A stretch of DNA of 64,000 bases. Origin: Candidatus Cloacimonadales bacterium (GTDB taxonomy: Bacteria > Cloacimonadota > Cloacimonadia > Cloacimonadales > JAFGVF01). Numbering within the stretch: the stretch's first letter is position 1; every line of letters starts with the position of its first letter. Below are positions 1 through 10,223 of the stretch, one piece after another. The translations under genes and the position numbers were made by a program. The stretch covers positions 832,001-896,000 of the forward strand of contig CAXXJV010000001.1 in the NCBI GenBank assembly GCA_963663475.2. Direction: 5' to 3'. The notes under the pieces are model-generated. The model worked only from the letters and a program-made list of their open reading frames with translations, ran no database searches and was not told where the DNA came from.

Positions 1-83
1 TTTAGCAATAGCCTTGGTAATAATATTTGATAGACATGATAGACATTTTATGGCTAATATAGTTAGTCATCGAGAGGACTAAA

Positions 84-584
84 ATGAAAAAAATTCTTGT
101 AGGCATAATACTTGTATTAATTTCAAACTTATTAATTGCTTCAGAGTATAGCTCACAGCACTTACCACCTTTAAATAGTGATAAGACTCTTGAAGTATAT
201 AATAATGAAACAGAAAGGGGTAGAGAATATTACGTCTTTTGTGATACCTTAGATTTAGAATATGAAGTTGAAGCAGGATATGAAGTTTATGGCTTTGTTA
301 GAACTATAGCAAGTGATGAAATTGAGCCTGATTTAAATATTTATTTAGACAGTACTCTCTCTATGCTACTATCAGTTCTGGTTGATAAGTCAGTAAAATA
401 CACTTCAGATAAGTATCCTGAACTCTCAAGAGCAAAAAAAGTATATATTACTCCTCAAAAAGAGTCATGTAAAATTAGATTAACTACTTCAAGCAAAAAT
501 CCTTTAATGATAAGAATGTATAAAAAGAAAGCAACTCTGCTAAATAAAAATGAAAGTCAAAGAAGTCAGGATTTGAGAATATGA
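84..584 (+). CDS. Secreted hypothetical protein
   Basis: 166-aa ORF with GAGGA RBS and an N-terminal signal peptide (MKKILVGIILVLISNLLIA); its stop overlaps the next start (ATGA). Confidence 0.7.
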   Translation: MKKILVGIILVLISNLLIASEYSSQHLPPLNSDKTLEVYNNETERGREYYVFCDTLDLEYEVEAGYEVYGFVRTIASDEIEPDLNIYLDSTLSMLLSVLVDKSVKYTSDKYPELSRAKKVYITPQKESCKIRLTTSSKNPLMIRMYKKKATLLNKNESQRSQDLRI

Positions 585-1576
585 AAAAAGTACTAATTGT
601 TGGAGTTTTATTACTAAGTTTAACTATTGCTCTTGCCGAGATATCAATGACTTTCACTAATGAGGTCTCTTATAGTGATAATGTTTTTCAACTTTCAGAT
701 GATGATTTAGACCAGCATGATGCAGGACAAGACTTTGATTACATAGAAACTAGTGATGATTTAATCAATAAGGCTAAACTTAGTATTTACAGTAGAAATC
801 AAGTGGGAAAAGTTAGATATGACTTTTATGTAAGAGGGACTTATGATCAATATTTAAAGAATAATGATAAGTCAAAACCTTCTATATCTACTGGTTTTGG
901 ACTTAATACTAGGTCTTTTGATACATCAATCATGTATGGCTATTATCCTGGAAATTATGTAAGAAAGTATAAAGATAAAGATGGTACTCAAAACTATGAG
1001 AAATTTGAGTACGATAAGAATTTATATAAGCTTGATGCTGAATACAGATTTACTAGAAAAGCCTATCTTCTTGCTTACCTTAAATTTGAACAGTATCATC
1101 ATAATGAATACTTCACTGAATATGATGGTGATGCTATTACTCCTGGTATTGGACTTAAGTATTCTTTCTCAGAATTATATTTAGAAGGTTGGTATTATTA
1201 TCGAGTTTATGAAACTCATGATGAAATCCTTCCTGATGATGAAATCTCAGATCAGTCTTATGAAAGTAATATCTATAGTGCTAGTATCAGAATGAAGAAA
1301 ATCAAGGGAAAAAACTTTGATTATCGCCCTGTTTTTGATTTTGAGTACGAAAAAAGATATTATGATGGCTGGGATAAATATCATAATGGTAGAGAAGATG
1401 ATACTATTACTATCAATCCTTGGATTAAAGTCTATTTAACAGACTATTTGAATATTACACTTGACTATACTTCAAAAATAAGGAATGTGTCATCAGAGAG
1501 TCAAAGTGTGGAAGATAGCAAAACATATCAAGAAAATGAAATGTCTATCACCTTTGAGGTCCCGATAAAATTTTAA
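581..1576 (+). CDS. Putative outer-membrane beta-barrel protein
   Basis: Signal peptide, Tyr-rich amphipathic strands, C-terminal Phe (FEVPIKF). Confidence 0.65.
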   Translation: MKKVLIVGVLLLSLTIALAEISMTFTNEVSYSDNVFQLSDDDLDQHDAGQDFDYIETSDDLINKAKLSIYSRNQVGKVRYDFYVRGTYDQYLKNNDKSKPSISTGFGLNTRSFDTSIMYGYYPGNYVRKYKDKDGTQNYEKFEYDKNLYKLDAEYRFTRKAYLLAYLKFEQYHHNEYFTEYDGDAITPGIGLKYSFSELYLEGWYYYRVYETHDEILPDDEISDQSYESNIYSASIRMKKIKGKNFDYRPVFDFEYEKRYYDGWDKYHNGREDDTITINPWIKVYLTDYLNITLDYTSKIRNVSSESQSVEDSKTYQENEMSITFEVPIKF

Positions 1577-1591
1577 TCTGAGGTGTGTATT

Positions 1592-1867
1592 ATGTTTAAG
1601 AGTGAGTCAAGAAAAGAGAAAATTAAAGAGTTTCTCTATCTAATAGAAAACGAAAAAATTGATTTACGACGTTTCACTCGTCCTGTACTAGTATGGATTA
1701 TTAAAGATCAAAGAGTATGTTATACAGTTTGGGAAGAGGATTTACTCAATAGATTCGGACTAGAAAATGTTGATGGCTGGGATTATGATGAAGATATATC
1801 TTTTGCTCCTGATTGGGTGTTAGATGATGATGATTTGTTATTTGATGATGACGATGATGATTTTTAA
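1592..1867 (+). CDS. Small hypothetical protein with acidic C-terminal tail
   Basis: The track starts at GTG 1583; ATG 1592 follows a GAGGTG RBS. Tail reads DDDDLLFDDDDDDF and a terminator follows. Confidence 0.6.
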   Translation: MFKSESRKEKIKEFLYLIENEKIDLRRFTRPVLVWIIKDQRVCYTVWEEDLLNRFGLENVDGWDYDEDISFAPDWVLDDDDLLFDDDDDDF

Positions 1868-1893
1868 AAAACAATAAGTAAAGTATTATATAG

Positions 1894-1923
1894 CAAGAGT
1901 GTTTTAAAACACTCTTGTTTTTT
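1894..1923 (+). terminator. Rho-independent terminator
   Basis: Perfect 24-bp palindrome CAAGAGTGTTTT/AAAACACTCTTG followed by a T run. Confidence 0.7.
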
Positions 1924-1944
1924 ATCTGAAAATGAGGAAAATTT

Positions 1945-2955
1945 ATGAATATTGCAATAATTGGTGGTGGATCATGGGGCTTAGCCTTAGCTAATCTTCT
2001 CCATGATAACGATAACATAGTTAAGGTTTGGGAATATAATAAAGACTATGTTGAGATGATTAAAATTAGTGGAAGAAATGATATTTTCTTACCTGATATT
2101 GATATCCAAGTAGAAGTTACTAGTAGCCTAGACCAAGTCATTCTACCAGAAACTGAAATGCTGATTCTCGCAACTCCATCTTCTTTCTTAAAGCAAGTTA
2201 TTCAAGAAACAAAACCCTTTATAGCAAAACTAAATAATTTAAAATACATAATCAATGTAGCTAAAGGTTTTGACCACTCAAATGGGGATATTCTCTCCCA
2301 AATGATTAAGAAAGAACTACCTGAAAAATTTACTAAGTTAATTTGCGTCCTTTCTGGGCCTAGTCATGCTGAAGAAGTTGCTAGAAAAAAACCAACTACT
2401 GTAACTATAGCTGGGGAAAACCTAGATTACCTGAAATCAGCCCAATTAGCCTTTAGTAACGACTACTTTAGAGTCTATTCTACTACCGATATAATCGGAG
2501 TTGAACTTGGTGGAGCTCTAAAAAATGTCATTGCTTTAGCTGCTGGTATTGTAGTAGGACTTGGCCTAGGAGATAATACCTTAGGAGCCTTGCTTACTAG
2601 AGGAAATGTTGAAATTAAAAGATTAGCTGTGGCCATGGGTGCAAAACCTGAAACCTTAGACGGATTAGCTGGAATGGGAGACTTGATAACAACGGCTATT
2701 TCTCCTCACAGTAGAAATAGGTTTGTAGGGGTTGAACTTGGGAAAGGCAGAAAGCTTAAGGATATTTTAGCTAATATGAAGATGGTTGCCGAAGGAGTCT
2801 TAGCTACCAATACTACATACCTTCTAGCTGAAAGATATCAGATTAATATGCCTATTGTAGAAGCAACTTATAAGATTCTCCACAATGAAATATCTGCCAA
2901 GGATGCTATTAAAGAACTGATGGTGAGAAAACTTAAGAGCGAAAAGTGGATGTAG
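1945..2955 (+). CDS. gpsA: NAD(P)H-dependent glycerol-3-phosphate dehydrogenase
   Basis: GGGSWG Rossmann motif; LSGPSHAEEV, GGALKNV, GLAGMGDL and SRN motifs. Confidence 0.96.
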   Translation: MNIAIIGGGSWGLALANLLHDNDNIVKVWEYNKDYVEMIKISGRNDIFLPDIDIQVEVTSSLDQVILPETEMLILATPSSFLKQVIQETKPFIAKLNNLKYIINVAKGFDHSNGDILSQMIKKELPEKFTKLICVLSGPSHAEEVARKKPTTVTIAGENLDYLKSAQLAFSNDYFRVYSTTDIIGVELGGALKNVIALAAGIVVGLGLGDNTLGALLTRGNVEIKRLAVAMGAKPETLDGLAGMGDLITTAISPHSRNRFVGVELGKGRKLKDILANMKMVAEGVLATNTTYLLAERYQINMPIVEATYKILHNEISAKDAIKELMVRKLKSEKWM

Positions 2956-2974
2956 AAGATAAAAGCCTTTAAAA

Positions 2975-3048
2975 AAATAGGGCAATAGACTTTTGGGAAT
3001 AGATCAATCTGCACCCTTCTCATAAATTCTACTCTATTGCTTGAATTT
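2975..3048 (+). repeat. Degenerate mini copy of family-B MITE-like repeat
   Basis: AAATAGGGCAATAGACTTTTGGGAATAG...AATCTGCACCCTTC...AAATTCTAC resembles the two ends of family B. Confidence 0.45.
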
Positions 3049-3080
3049 AACTACTGATCTTGCTCAAAGAAGGAAAAGGA

Positions 3081-4364
3081 ATGAATAAAAAGAATCAAAA
3101 AGAAGTTTCAATTGCTGATATATATTTCCCAAAATCTAAAAGAAATGTTGTGAGTATGAATAGCACAGGACAAGCAGCATTATCTTACTATATTAACAAT
3201 AATAGGTCTGCAATTGATGAGAAATTTAGAGTTGAGGCTATAAAGTATTATAAGGCAATTATTGAAAATCAACAACCTGATGAAGAAATTTCCGATGAAA
3301 TGGCTGAAAATGCTCTGCAATATTTAATAAAAGATTTTAAACCACTTATACCTTTTCCTGAGCCCTTAAATCCAAAATTTACCTTTATTGATTTGTTTGC
3401 AGGAATAGGAGGTTTTAGATTAGCAATGCAAAAATTAGCTGGTAAATGTGTATTTACTAGTGAATGGGATGAACAAGCCAAAAAAACCTATGCCACTAAT
3501 TTCGGAGATATCCCTTTTGGAGACATCACTAAAAACGAGACTAAGCGATTTATACCTGATGAGTTTGATCTTTTATGTGCAGGTTTTCCATGTCAAGCAT
3601 TCTCAATAGCAGGAAAACGAGGTGGCTTTGATGATACAAGAGGAACCTTATTTTTTGAAGTTGCAAAAATTATAAGTGAGAAAAAACCTAAAGCAATATT
3701 TTTGGAAAATGTTAAAGGGCTTGTGAATCATGATAGAGGAAAAACACTTAAAACAATTTTAAGGGTATTAAGGGAAGATTTGGATTATTTCGTACCTGAG
3801 CCAAAAATATTAAATGCTAAAGATTATGGCTTACCTCAAAATAGAGAGAGAATATATATTGTTGGATTTAGAAAGGACTTAGGCATAGAAAACTTTACTT
3901 ATCCAGAAGCTCTAAATCAGAAAGTAACAATAGAAGACATTAAAGAAGAAAAAACGGTTTCTGTTAAATACTATTTGTCAGATACCTATCTAAATACTCT
4001 TATTAAGCATAAGTTGAGGCATCAAAGTAAAGGAAATGGATTTGGATATGAGATAATTTCAGATGATAGTATAGCAAATGCTATAGTATGTGGAGGCATG
4101 GGAAGAGAGAGAAATTTAATAATTGACAATAGATTAACAGATTTTACGCCTGTAACAAGAATAAAAGGTAAGGTAAATAGAAAGGGGATAAGAAAGATGA
4201 CACCTAGGGAGTGGGCAAGACTTCAAGGCTTTCCAGATGAGTTCCTGATACCTGTTGCAGATTCGTCAGCATATAAGCAGTTTGGGAATTCTGTAGCTGT
4301 TCCAGTGATATTCAATACTGGAAAAGAGATTATAAAAAGGATAACAATGTATGTTAAAGGGTAA
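3081..4364 (+). CDS. C5 DNA cytosine methyltransferase, M.HpaII-like
   Basis: Motif I FIDLFAGIGG, IV GFPCQ, VI ENV, VIII QNRER, X FGNSV. The target-recognition region (HxSKGNGFGYEII, GMGRERNL) closely resembles M.HpaII as I recall it. ATG 3081 follows an AAGGA RBS (track start TTG 3060). Confidence 0.93.
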   Translation: MNKKNQKEVSIADIYFPKSKRNVVSMNSTGQAALSYYINNNRSAIDEKFRVEAIKYYKAIIENQQPDEEISDEMAENALQYLIKDFKPLIPFPEPLNPKFTFIDLFAGIGGFRLAMQKLAGKCVFTSEWDEQAKKTYATNFGDIPFGDITKNETKRFIPDEFDLLCAGFPCQAFSIAGKRGGFDDTRGTLFFEVAKIISEKKPKAIFLENVKGLVNHDRGKTLKTILRVLREDLDYFVPEPKILNAKDYGLPQNRERIYIVGFRKDLGIENFTYPEALNQKVTIEDIKEEKTVSVKYYLSDTYLNTLIKHKLRHQSKGNGFGYEIISDDSIANAIVCGGMGRERNLIIDNRLTDFTPVTRIKGKVNRKGIRKMTPREWARLQGFPDEFLIPVADSSAYKQFGNSVAVPVIFNTGKEIIKRITMYVKG

Positions 4365-5430
4365 TAGAGGTGAATGGAGTGAGCTATACACTTTATTCAA
4401 GATTATCTCTGATAGAAAACTATATGCTGGAGATAAGAACTTAAACAAAATAAGCAACCTTATCTACCCAATTATTAAAATTCTCAGAGAAGAATCAAAT
4501 GGGACTTATGATTATTCATTAGCTAGTGAAATAGTATTAATAACTGGCAATGATATTGATGTTAAGATACCAATTAATAAGTTTGAAGAAAATGCTAAGC
4601 TTCTTCTAGAAAGATTGTTATGTTCAACAAAAGGAGTATTTGAAGTACCAGAAATCGAGGATTTTCTAAAGATGTTTAATTGTAGTTCATTAAAAGCAAA
4701 ATCCAACAAGAAAAATGATATTAGGATTGTTATTCATGACCTTAGAACATCTTCTACAAAAGAACTAGGCTTTAGTATAAAATCTCAATTAGGATCTGCT
4801 TCAACATTATTAAATTCAAGTCAATCAACCAATTTTATATTTAAGATAAAGGGCAATGTATTATCAAATTCACAGATACAAGAGATAAACAATCTAAAAA
4901 CAAGAAGTAAAATCAAAGATAGAATAAAAGCAATATTGGATTTAGGAAATAAATTAGAATTTGATAGATGTGAATCAAGTATCTTTAGTAATAATTTAAC
5001 ATTAATTGATAGCTATTTAGCCAAAATTATTGGAGAAATGTTATTAACATACTTTTCCAGCAATTATTCTACTATCCCTGATTTAGTTAAAAGTATTTCA
5101 CAAGCAAACCCTTTAAACTATGATTTAAATTTTCACCACCCTTTCTATGAATATAAAATTAAACGGTTTCTAACTGATATATCTTTAGGCATGATGCCTT
5201 CAAAAGTATGGAATGGTTGCTTTGAAACGACTGGTGGATTCCTGGTAGTAAAAACAGATGGAGAAGTTTTATGCTATCATATATATAATAGAAATGAGTT
5301 TGAAGATTATTTACTAAACAACACTAAATTCGAAACTTCATCAAGCTCAAGACACAAATATGGTGAAATATTTTTGGATAATGGGAACTCATACTTTAAG
5401 TTGAATTTACAAATTAGGTTTATATTTTAA
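4351..5430 (+). CDS. Type II restriction endonuclease, HpaII family
   Basis: N-terminal GNRGEWSELY, LGFSIKSQLG catalytic region and C-terminal FKLNLQIRF are typical of RE_HpaII; overlaps the MTase stop. Confidence 0.88.
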   Translation: MLKGNRGEWSELYTLFKIISDRKLYAGDKNLNKISNLIYPIIKILREESNGTYDYSLASEIVLITGNDIDVKIPINKFEENAKLLLERLLCSTKGVFEVPEIEDFLKMFNCSSLKAKSNKKNDIRIVIHDLRTSSTKELGFSIKSQLGSASTLLNSSQSTNFIFKIKGNVLSNSQIQEINNLKTRSKIKDRIKAILDLGNKLEFDRCESSIFSNNLTLIDSYLAKIIGEMLLTYFSSNYSTIPDLVKSISQANPLNYDLNFHHPFYEYKIKRFLTDISLGMMPSKVWNGCFETTGGFLVVKTDGEVLCYHIYNRNEFEDYLLNNTKFETSSSSRHKYGEIFLDNGNSYFKLNLQIRFIF

Positions 5431-5584
5431 TCTTTTACCAAACTCGGATTGGGATGTCATAAGTAAATTATATCCTGGGCTTGAATCTTGTGATTAAATA
5501 TATAGAAGAACTAGTCTCTAGTAACTATTAGAATTTGTTTAATTATTAGCTTATCTGATTAGTGAAAAGGCCCTCATCTTTCCT

Positions 5585-5670
5585 TATCCATCATTTACTC
5601 TTCCTTTACAGTCTTTCGATGAAAGTCCGACTTTCATCGAAAGACTGTAAAGGAAGGAATAAGCATGCTA
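5585..5670. repeat. 86-bp palindromic element, family A, copy 1
   Basis: Perfect 28-bp arms 5600-5627 and 5629-5656 (CTTCCTTTACAGTCTTTCGATGAAAGTC). Confidence 0.9.
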
Positions 5671-5820
5671 AGAGAGACAGAAGATTATTTTCTCCAGAAT
5701 CCTGTCACATGAATTCAGGTTTTACTTTGGGTAAAAGTAAAAAAAACACTTTTTCGATTTATCCTTTGACAAAATTAGCTTGCATAATAAACTTTTACCA
5801 AACGTTTAAAAAGGATAATC

Positions 5821-6978
5821 ATGATCAGTCATAACATAGTTACAGAGTATATATCAGTATTTATTTTAGCTTTTGTATTTGTGTACAGTATAACACCTTG
5901 GATAATAAAATTAGCTCATAAAATTAATTTTGTAGATAATCCAAATGCCCGTAAAATACATAAAACAGCTATCCCTTTGATGGGGGGAATTAGTGTTGTT
6001 ATTGGATTTATATCATTAGTTATGTATGATGTGATAATTGTATCTAATAGATATTTTAATATGCGGTTAATAGGTTATCTTTTAGGGGTTGTTATCATAG
6101 TGTTAGTTGGTTTGATTGATGACAAGCGAGGAATGAATCCTATTGTAAAGATGGGAGGACAGTTTTTAGCCTGTTCTTCATTTATTCTAACAAATTTTGG
6201 AACATTAGTCTGGGTTAACCTACCATTTGGTAATGAATTATCCTTTCCTATTATTCTTTTAACTAATGATATAATGTTTAACAACTTTTTTTCTGTCCCA
6301 CTTCTCTATTTATGGATGATAGGCTTAATGAATGCTACTAACTTTTTAGATAATATGGATGGGATGATTACAGGAATTTCAGCAATTATAGCTTTGGGTT
6401 TCTTTGCTTTTAGTATGATTATAAATCCTGATAATTCAAGTTCAGCCTTGTGGTTAAGTCTGATGGGCTTACTCTCTTTATCTTATGCTGGTTCAGTTTT
6501 AGGTTTTCTTCCCTATAATTTCAATCCTGCCAAGATATTTTTGGGAGATGCAGGATCTATGTTCATAGGTTATTTCCTCTCTTCTATGGGAATATTGATG
6601 GCCAATTTTGCTTCCTTGCAGTTCCAGAGTAAGTGGTTTTATCTTCTACCAGTAATTTTAATTTCATATGCTATCTTTGATATCTGTTTTGTTTCTATTA
6701 CTAGAAAGAAGGATGGAAGATTGATTTGGCAGGGAGGTAAAGATCATACTACCCATAGAATAAAAAATATGTTTCAGTCTGTAAAAGTTACAGCTTTACT
6801 CATTTATGCAATAAATATCATAATTGTTATTCTTACCATTATGGTAACAATAATAGGTTCTTATGTATTATTACTAGGTATTTTACTAATCTGTCTTATT
6901 GGTTATATTCTTTTAGGAAGAAGATTATATGCAGTCGCAGTAGAGATACCAGCTAATCAGCTCAAGAAAAAGGTATAA
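5821..6978 (+). CDS. Undecaprenyl-phosphate sugar-1-phosphate transferase (WecA/TagO, MraY family)
   Basis: RKIH...PLMGG, GLIDD, NATNFLDNMDG, FNPAKIFLGDAGS and DHTTH motifs; about 11 transmembrane helices. Confidence 0.9.
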   Translation: MISHNIVTEYISVFILAFVFVYSITPWIIKLAHKINFVDNPNARKIHKTAIPLMGGISVVIGFISLVMYDVIIVSNRYFNMRLIGYLLGVVIIVLVGLIDDKRGMNPIVKMGGQFLACSSFILTNFGTLVWVNLPFGNELSFPIILLTNDIMFNNFFSVPLLYLWMIGLMNATNFLDNMDGMITGISAIIALGFFAFSMIINPDNSSSALWLSLMGLLSLSYAGSVLGFLPYNFNPAKIFLGDAGSMFIGYFLSSMGILMANFASLQFQSKWFYLLPVILISYAIFDICFVSITRKKDGRLIWQGGKDHTTHRIKNMFQSVKVTALLIYAINIIIVILTIMVTIIGSYVLLLGILLICLIGYILLGRRLYAVAVEIPANQLKKKV

Positions 6979-6979
6979 T

Positions 6980-7720
6980 ATGAAGCTAACTATTCTTGGC
7001 ACAGGGCCTGGAAAGTCAATTTTAGGTCAGAGTCATACTGCTTACTTTTTAGAAGATGATTCTCACAAGGTCTTGCTAGATTGCGGAGAGGGAACATGTC
7101 AAAAGCTGTTAGCTAGGTCATTGGTTAAGGATGAAATAGATTTTATTATAATCAGTCATTTGCATCCAGATCATGTAACAGGCTTATTTATACTTCTTCA
7201 GACAATGTATTTGAACAAAAGAAGCAAGGATTTAATAGTTTTTTTACCTGAAAGTTCAGAATCATTTAAAGATTTTATGGAAAAATTATATATATTTAAT
7301 GAAAGGTTTTCTTATAGGGTAATTATCCAGGAATATGATGAAAGAAGTTTTATTGAAATGGGCATATATCCTTTTAAGAATTCTCACCTTATAGGCTATA
7401 AAGAGCTTGTTAGAAAAAGAGGTGCAAGTAATAAATTACTAGCTTATTCAATGCTAATAAAAGGAAAAGAAAGATCTTTGTTACTCTCTTCAGATATTAG
7501 GGGAATAGATGATATAAGAGATAATATTGATAAATGTGAGGTTTTGATTTTGGATGGAATTCATCCATCAGAGGAATCAATCAAAGAAATTATTAACAAA
7601 AAAAAACAAGTCGAGGTTTATATTACACATGGAGATTATCAAAAACTACACCAAACATTCATTGACCAACTTAGTCAAAGAGTAAGGATAGCAGAGGAAA
7701 ATGATGAGATTATTTTATAG
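6980..7720 (+). CDS. MBL-fold metallo-hydrolase (RNase Z/BN-like)
   Basis: LGTG, LLDCGEG and SHLHPDH motifs. Confidence 0.85.
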   Translation: MKLTILGTGPGKSILGQSHTAYFLEDDSHKVLLDCGEGTCQKLLARSLVKDEIDFIIISHLHPDHVTGLFILLQTMYLNKRSKDLIVFLPESSESFKDFMEKLYIFNERFSYRVIIQEYDERSFIEMGIYPFKNSHLIGYKELVRKRGASNKLLAYSMLIKGKERSLLLSSDIRGIDDIRDNIDKCEVLILDGIHPSEESIKEIINKKKQVEVYITHGDYQKLHQTFIDQLSQRVRIAEENDEIIL

Positions 7721-9203
7721 CACTTTGTTTATTATCCTACTATTTCTTTTTGGATGTGAATCTAATCGTTACAGAAAAGCAGTATCTTCTTATTATGAAG
7801 GCAATTATACAATCTCAATTGAAGAGATTGATACCTATTTAAAAGAATCAAAGAATGGAGCATTTGAGACTAATGCCGAGCTTATTCGCAGTAAATCCTA
7901 TCAAAAATTAGCTCTTAGAGCTTATAATGCTGGCAATTTAGCTTTAGCTACAAGATTTAGTATTTTAGCTAATTCCTCAGCTGTAGATACTTTGTTAGCT
8001 AGATGTTATTATGATTTTGCTCAAGAATCATTTGCTAAAGAAGATATGGCTAAGGGACTAGCCTTTTATGACCAGATTTTGCTAGAGACACCAGAATCAA
8101 AGTTTGTCCCAGAAATTCTTTATTATAAAATGAATGATCTTTATAGCAGGCAACCTGAAGATTACTTAACTGTATGGGATTATTATAAGAACTTATATCC
8201 AAAATATGAAAATGATTATTACGAAATAAAAGCCAGAGAAATAGTAAAAGATTTTACTCCAGACCTTATAGAGGAAGCTTTAGTTATGGAATCTGAGCAA
8301 GGTTTAGAAGTCTTATTAAGTTTTGTAGATTACTCAATTGGCAACACTCGTGAAGTCAAACAAGCAATATCTCAAATTTATATTAGGTTAGCAGAAGAGG
8401 CAATTCTAGAAGATAAATATTTACAAGCAGATGAGAATTTCAAATTAGCAGTTTATTATAATCCTGAAGTTAAAGAATATGTTAAGCAAAGATTATTAGA
8501 TACAGCTGATCAATATCTAATAAAAGGTCAGGAATACGCAGATAAGAGAGATTTTGAGAATGCGTTCTTACTTTTTAATAGAACCTTTGAAGTAATTCCG
8601 GGCTATAAAAAAGCTTTGCAAAAAATTCAACAAACAACAATACTAGTTAATAAAATTGACCAGGCTCAAACTCTATATAATAGAGGGCAAAACTTAGAAA
8701 AAGCAAATCTTAGGTCTATTTTCCCTGATGTAAAGACTAAACTAACAGCTCGCGAAAGAAATGATTATGAAATCAAACGCTATCAGAGAGTCTTAAAGGT
8801 CTATGAAGAAGCCTATGAACTTGACCCATTACCCCTCTATAGAGACAATGTTTTGTTTACCAAAAATATAATTCAGTACTATAAAAATCCTGATAAATTC
8901 GCGGTTGAAGTAGTTAAAGAATATAAATCATTTATAGTAGAAAAAGCTATAAATCAAGCCAGAGATTATATCTATGAAAATAATAGTACATCTTCAGTTA
9001 CTGATAGTGGCTGGGAAATTCTAGTAGCTTCTGGTAATTATAATTATGAAGTTAGATACTCATTAATTAGTCTAAATGATAAGTTATATTTTAGGTGGTT
9101 AGTGAATCTAAGAAGTAAAGAGATTACTCCGATAAACACCCTTTCAGAACATGCCATGGAGGGTAAATTCATAATTGATGAGGAGGACCAAAATGAAGAA
9201 TAA
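7701..9203 (+). CDS. TPR-like lipoprotein
   Basis: Lipobox LFGC and multiple helical TPR-like repeats. Confidence 0.7.
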   Translation: MMRLFYSTLFIILLFLFGCESNRYRKAVSSYYEGNYTISIEEIDTYLKESKNGAFETNAELIRSKSYQKLALRAYNAGNLALATRFSILANSSAVDTLLARCYYDFAQESFAKEDMAKGLAFYDQILLETPESKFVPEILYYKMNDLYSRQPEDYLTVWDYYKNLYPKYENDYYEIKAREIVKDFTPDLIEEALVMESEQGLEVLLSFVDYSIGNTREVKQAISQIYIRLAEEAILEDKYLQADENFKLAVYYNPEVKEYVKQRLLDTADQYLIKGQEYADKRDFENAFLLFNRTFEVIPGYKKALQKIQQTTILVNKIDQAQTLYNRGQNLEKANLRSIFPDVKTKLTARERNDYEIKRYQRVLKVYEEAYELDPLPLYRDNVLFTKNIIQYYKNPDKFAVEVVKEYKSFIVEKAINQARDYIYENNSTSSVTDSGWEILVASGNYNYEVRYSLISLNDKLYFRWLVNLRSKEITPINTLSEHAMEGKFIIDEEDQNEE

Positions 9204-9780
9204 TAAAATAATCATACTAAGCTTTTGCTTCTTAATACTAATATTTCAAGCTTTTGCTCAAGGCTTTGACCTTAATAAGTTTTCAGATCCTAAGAAATAT
9301 GGCTGGGAAGATTATCAGGATAGAGCTCTATATAGAAAAGATTTAAATTCAAGAAAAGAAATGCTACAACTCTATGAAGTTAAGTCTAGAACTATTAGTG
9401 CAACTATGGCAAAGTCTGCTATCTTTCCAGGCTGGGGACATTATAGTATCGAGTCATATTCAAAAGGCCACACTTTCTTAACCAGTGGAATATTATTAGC
9501 AGGAGCAGGCTTATATTTTTATTCTCGTTCTCAAGATTATTATGATAACTATAAGAATGCTAGTCAGATTGATGAGATTAATAGCAATTATGATAAGGCT
9601 GAAGAGAACTATAATACTGCCATGATCTTTTTAGGTACTTATATTATTCTTTGGGGATATAACTTGTATGATAGTGCTGAATCTACTGAAAGGTATAACG
9701 CAACCCTATGGGATAATTTAATAAATAATAAATTAGATAATATATCTCTAACTCCAACTAGTTTTGAAGTGAGGTTTTAA
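9193..9780 (+). CDS. Hypothetical membrane protein (DUF5683-like)
   Basis: ATG 9193 after an AGGAGG RBS; signal peptide; SAIFPGWGHY motif plus two hydrophobic helices. Confidence 0.6.
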   Translation: MKNNKIIILSFCFLILIFQAFAQGFDLNKFSDPKKYGWEDYQDRALYRKDLNSRKEMLQLYEVKSRTISATMAKSAIFPGWGHYSIESYSKGHTFLTSGILLAGAGLYFYSRSQDYYDNYKNASQIDEINSNYDKAEENYNTAMIFLGTYIILWGYNLYDSAESTERYNATLWDNLINNKLDNISLTPTSFEVRF

Positions 9781-10220
9781 TGAAGTATATAAAATTTTTA
9801 ATAATAATTGGCATAAGTAGTATCTTTTTTGCTTGTGGTTTAGATAGGTCTAATCCTTTAGATCCTGAAAATGGTGATATAGGTATTCCCCAGTTAGTAA
9901 CGGGTATTGAGCTTAGTTCAAGTGGACAGGGAGCTGAGGAGAAGTATGTTGATATTACTTGGACAGAGTTAAATCCTGGTGAAGCAGATGGCTATTTTAT
10001 ATATCGTTCAGGATCTTATGATGGAACATTTGCTTTAGTTGAAGTTAAATATGGTGCTCACCATAATAGTTATCGGGATAGAGATAAAATTATTCCAGGA
10101 GCATATTTCTATAAGATGTCATCATTCTTATACTTAGATCCTGCTAATCCTAATGATAATGAAAGGCTTGAGGGTAAGTTGAGTCGACCTGGTGATTCAG
10201 GAATAGTAGTTCCACAGTAG
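9780..10220 (+). CDS. Lipoprotein with fibronectin type III-like domain
   Basis: Lipobox FFAC, RSNPLDP motif, and ITW...YFIYRS...YRD...YFYK pattern. Confidence 0.65.
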   Translation: MKYIKFLIIIGISSIFFACGLDRSNPLDPENGDIGIPQLVTGIELSSSGQGAEEKYVDITWTELNPGEADGYFIYRSGSYDGTFALVEVKYGAHHNSYRDRDKIIPGAYFYKMSSFLYLDPANPNDNERLEGKLSRPGDSGIVVPQ

Positions 10221-10223
10221 GGT

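Noticed and set aside
5562-5834. 90-aa ORF in the track
   Set aside because: It reads through the family-A palindrome and the wecA-like promoter region, with no RBS or protein-like features.
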